DNA from: Octopus sinensis
Taxonomy: Eukaryota
NCBI RefSeq assembly: GCF_006345805.1
Contig: NC_043010.1
Coordinates: 868,001 to 932,000 of the forward strand
DNA length: 64,000 nt
Reading direction: 5' to 3'
The notes beneath the pieces were generated by a model, which searched no databases, was not told the DNA's origin, and saw only the letters and a program-made list of their open reading frames with translations. Made by a program: the position numbers and the translations under genes. The first letter of the stretch is position 1, and each line of letters begins with the position of its first letter. This document shows positions 62,021-64,000 of this stretch, in pieces.

Positions 62021-62646
62021 TAGTGGTTCTCAACTGGGGTCCATATAATCTTTGGGCTCCATATAAGATTTCTGGGGGTCAACACAGAGAAAACAGTAAA
62101 TTGGGCCCATAGTAGTATTCTATGGGTCTGTGGTGTTAGTGGTGTTATGGGCTGTTATGTGGTGTTGGTGGAGAGGATGACGGATGAGGTGGGCAGAAGT
62201 AAGGCTTGCAGGGGCCAGTGGAAGAGTGAAAGGGGCATGCGTGGGCAGGAAGCACGCATGGTCAGCAAGCACGCGTGGTGAGTTCCAGCAAAGATAGCAG
62301 AGCGACAGGACATGTTGAATTCATGAGAGAGACCACTGATTTCGCTAAGGTAAGGCCTTTTGTATTTCTTTCTCCCGTTGCTTCTTTTTCTGTTGTCCTT
62401 TTCCTCCATCACACTACAGGGTCCACAAAAAATGTTTGCTTCAGAAGTAGTTTTTGCAACTGATAGCTAGGTTTTCAACATTTTACATTATTCTACCGAC
62501 ACAATTTAACGTATCATACACAAGATAGGAATTTTAAAAGAAGTGTCTATAAAACTAGTTTTTAAACATTGAGTGACTTTTGGGGTCCACTAGAATTGAA
62601 TGATAATCAAAGGGGTCTATTGATTAAAATTGGTTGAGAAACACTG
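62021..62646. mobile_element. hAT-type MITE interrupted by a solo LTR
   Basis: TAGTGGTTCTCAAC / GTTGAGAAACACTG termini; TSD not recoverable. Confidence 0.7.
62129..62418. mobile_element. Solo LTR (290 bp)
   Basis: TG...CA ends with short inverted termini (TGTGGTG / CACTACA) and an exact 5-bp TSD GGGTC at 62124-62128 and 62419-62423. Confidence 0.8.
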
Positions 62647-62699
62647 ACCTATGACCATAACTGTTTTACCTGTGGTCATTCCATCTTTTCTTTTACTTT

Positions 62700-62952
62700 T
62701 AAGTCAAGTGAAATCATAGTTGTATCTGATGCTGGTGACACGTAACAGCATCTGTACCTGTGACAAGGGACCCACTACACTCACAGAGTGGTTGGCATGT
62801 TAGGAAGGTCATTCAGCTGTAGAAACCATGCTAAAATCAGACTGGAACCTGAACCTGATGCAGCTCTACAGCTGACCAGTTCCAATCTAACCGTTTAACC
62901 CATGGCAGCCTGGAAAGCAGACAGTAAATGATGATGGTGATGATGATGATGA
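62700..62952 (+). mobile_element. RTE 3' end fragment
   Basis: CCCACTACACTCACAGAGTGGTTGGC..CAGCTGTAGAAAC..GATGATG tail. Confidence 0.75.
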
Positions 62953-63024
62953 GTTCATCTAGAATTGTTCTCCTTTTTCTGACAGTAGGCTGTAGGATGT
63001 TTGGCTGGTATTTCTAGAAGGTCA

Positions 63025-63246
63025 ACAGGCACAGGTGTGGTTGTGTGGTTAAGAAGCTTACTTTGCAACTGCATAGTTTTGGGTTCAGTCCCAATGTACA
63101 GCACCCTGGGCAAATGTCTTAACAGCTGCAGCCCCAAACTAACCAACAGGACACAGAGTTTGGTAAACAGAAAGTATGTGGAAGACCATTATATAAATAT
63201 ATATATGTATGTATGCATGTATGTATGTATGTATGTATGTATGTAC

Positions 63247-63277
<31 letters not shown>

Positions 63278-63745
63278 TGTATGTGTGTATGTATGTATGT
63301 ATGTATGTATGTATGTATGTATGTATGTATGTATGTATGTATGTATGTATGTATGTATGTATGTATGTATGTATGTATGTATGTATGTATGTATGTATGT
63401 ATGTATGTATGTATTATGTATGTATTATGTATGTATGTATGTATATATGCATGTATATATATATGTATGTATATAATAGCTGAAGATTAACATCACGCTT
63501 TGAAACTTAAAGAACTAAAGGAATTTGAATCAAACTGTTTTGATCCATGTGTGTGTGTGTTTCCCTCACACTGCCACCTGGCAACCAGTGTTGGTCTGTT
63601 TACATCATAATTTTGCAGTTCAGTAAAAAAAAGTCCAACGGAGTCAGTACCAGATTTAATAAAACAAATAAGAACTAAGGTTGATTTGTTCAATTAAACT
63701 TTTCAAGGTGGTGCCCCAGCATGGCCACATTCCAATGACTGAAGC
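63025..63745 (+). mobile_element. SINE family A with an expanded internal (TATG)n of about 270 bp
   Basis: Head at 63025-63185, microsatellite at 63200-63480, tail at 63540-63745. Confidence 0.8.
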
Positions 63746-63867
63746 AAAAAAATTATAAAGCAAAACCTCAAAAGCCCACAATATTGAAAACAGAAATAAT
63801 AAAATAACAAATGTTTATAGGTAAATCAGAACACAAAGGGCAAAAGTCTTTGATGTTTTCTCTGCAG

Positions 63868-63896
63868 AGTTTCCAAAAAATGGTCAAAGAATCATA
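63868..63896 (+). other. Candidate 29-nt micro-exon
   Basis: GATGTTTTCTCTGCAG acceptor and ATA|GTAAGA donor; open as SFQKMVKES or FPKNGQRII. Confidence 0.35.
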
Positions 63897-64000
63897 GTAA
63901 GAAGATTACGAATTTACCTCAGACCTGTCATAAATGCTTGCAATGGAATATATTCTATCTACAAAAGGTACCTAAGGATATGAGGTGATGGAGTTATGAA

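Overview
AT-rich, microsatellite-dense animal genomic DNA. The protocadherin type and repeat landscape point to a coleoid cephalopod, probably Octopus (inference). One clear gene is present: a six-ectodomain protocadherin on the minus strand. Its large exon is at 37189-39624, bounded by an upstream acceptor and a phase-0 GTAAGT donor, with a likely small terminal exon at 35888-35980. Most of the rest is transposon debris: several tRNA-derived SINE families, RTE-clade LINE pieces, hAT, Tc1/mariner and piggyBac-type MITEs, a Helitron, a Helentron-like element and a solo LTR. Almost all ORFs in the supplied track are microsatellite artefacts. The most notable result is five type I hammerhead ribozyme motifs from three unrelated elements sitting in or beside (TA)n tracts. 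Two lie in a ~596-bp head-to-tail tandem unit (retrozyme or Penelope pLTR-like; copy 2 looks fully intact). One lies in each arm of a 210-bp foldback, and each of these carries a different damaging substitution. One is a minimal, decayed motif. There is also a visible switch from CpG-retaining (about 6.4-19 kb) to CpG-decayed repeat copies, chimeric retrocopies, and a strong CTCF-like motif upstream of the protocadherin. SINE family letters A-D are my own working labels, and repeat boundaries are approximate unless TSDs are quoted.
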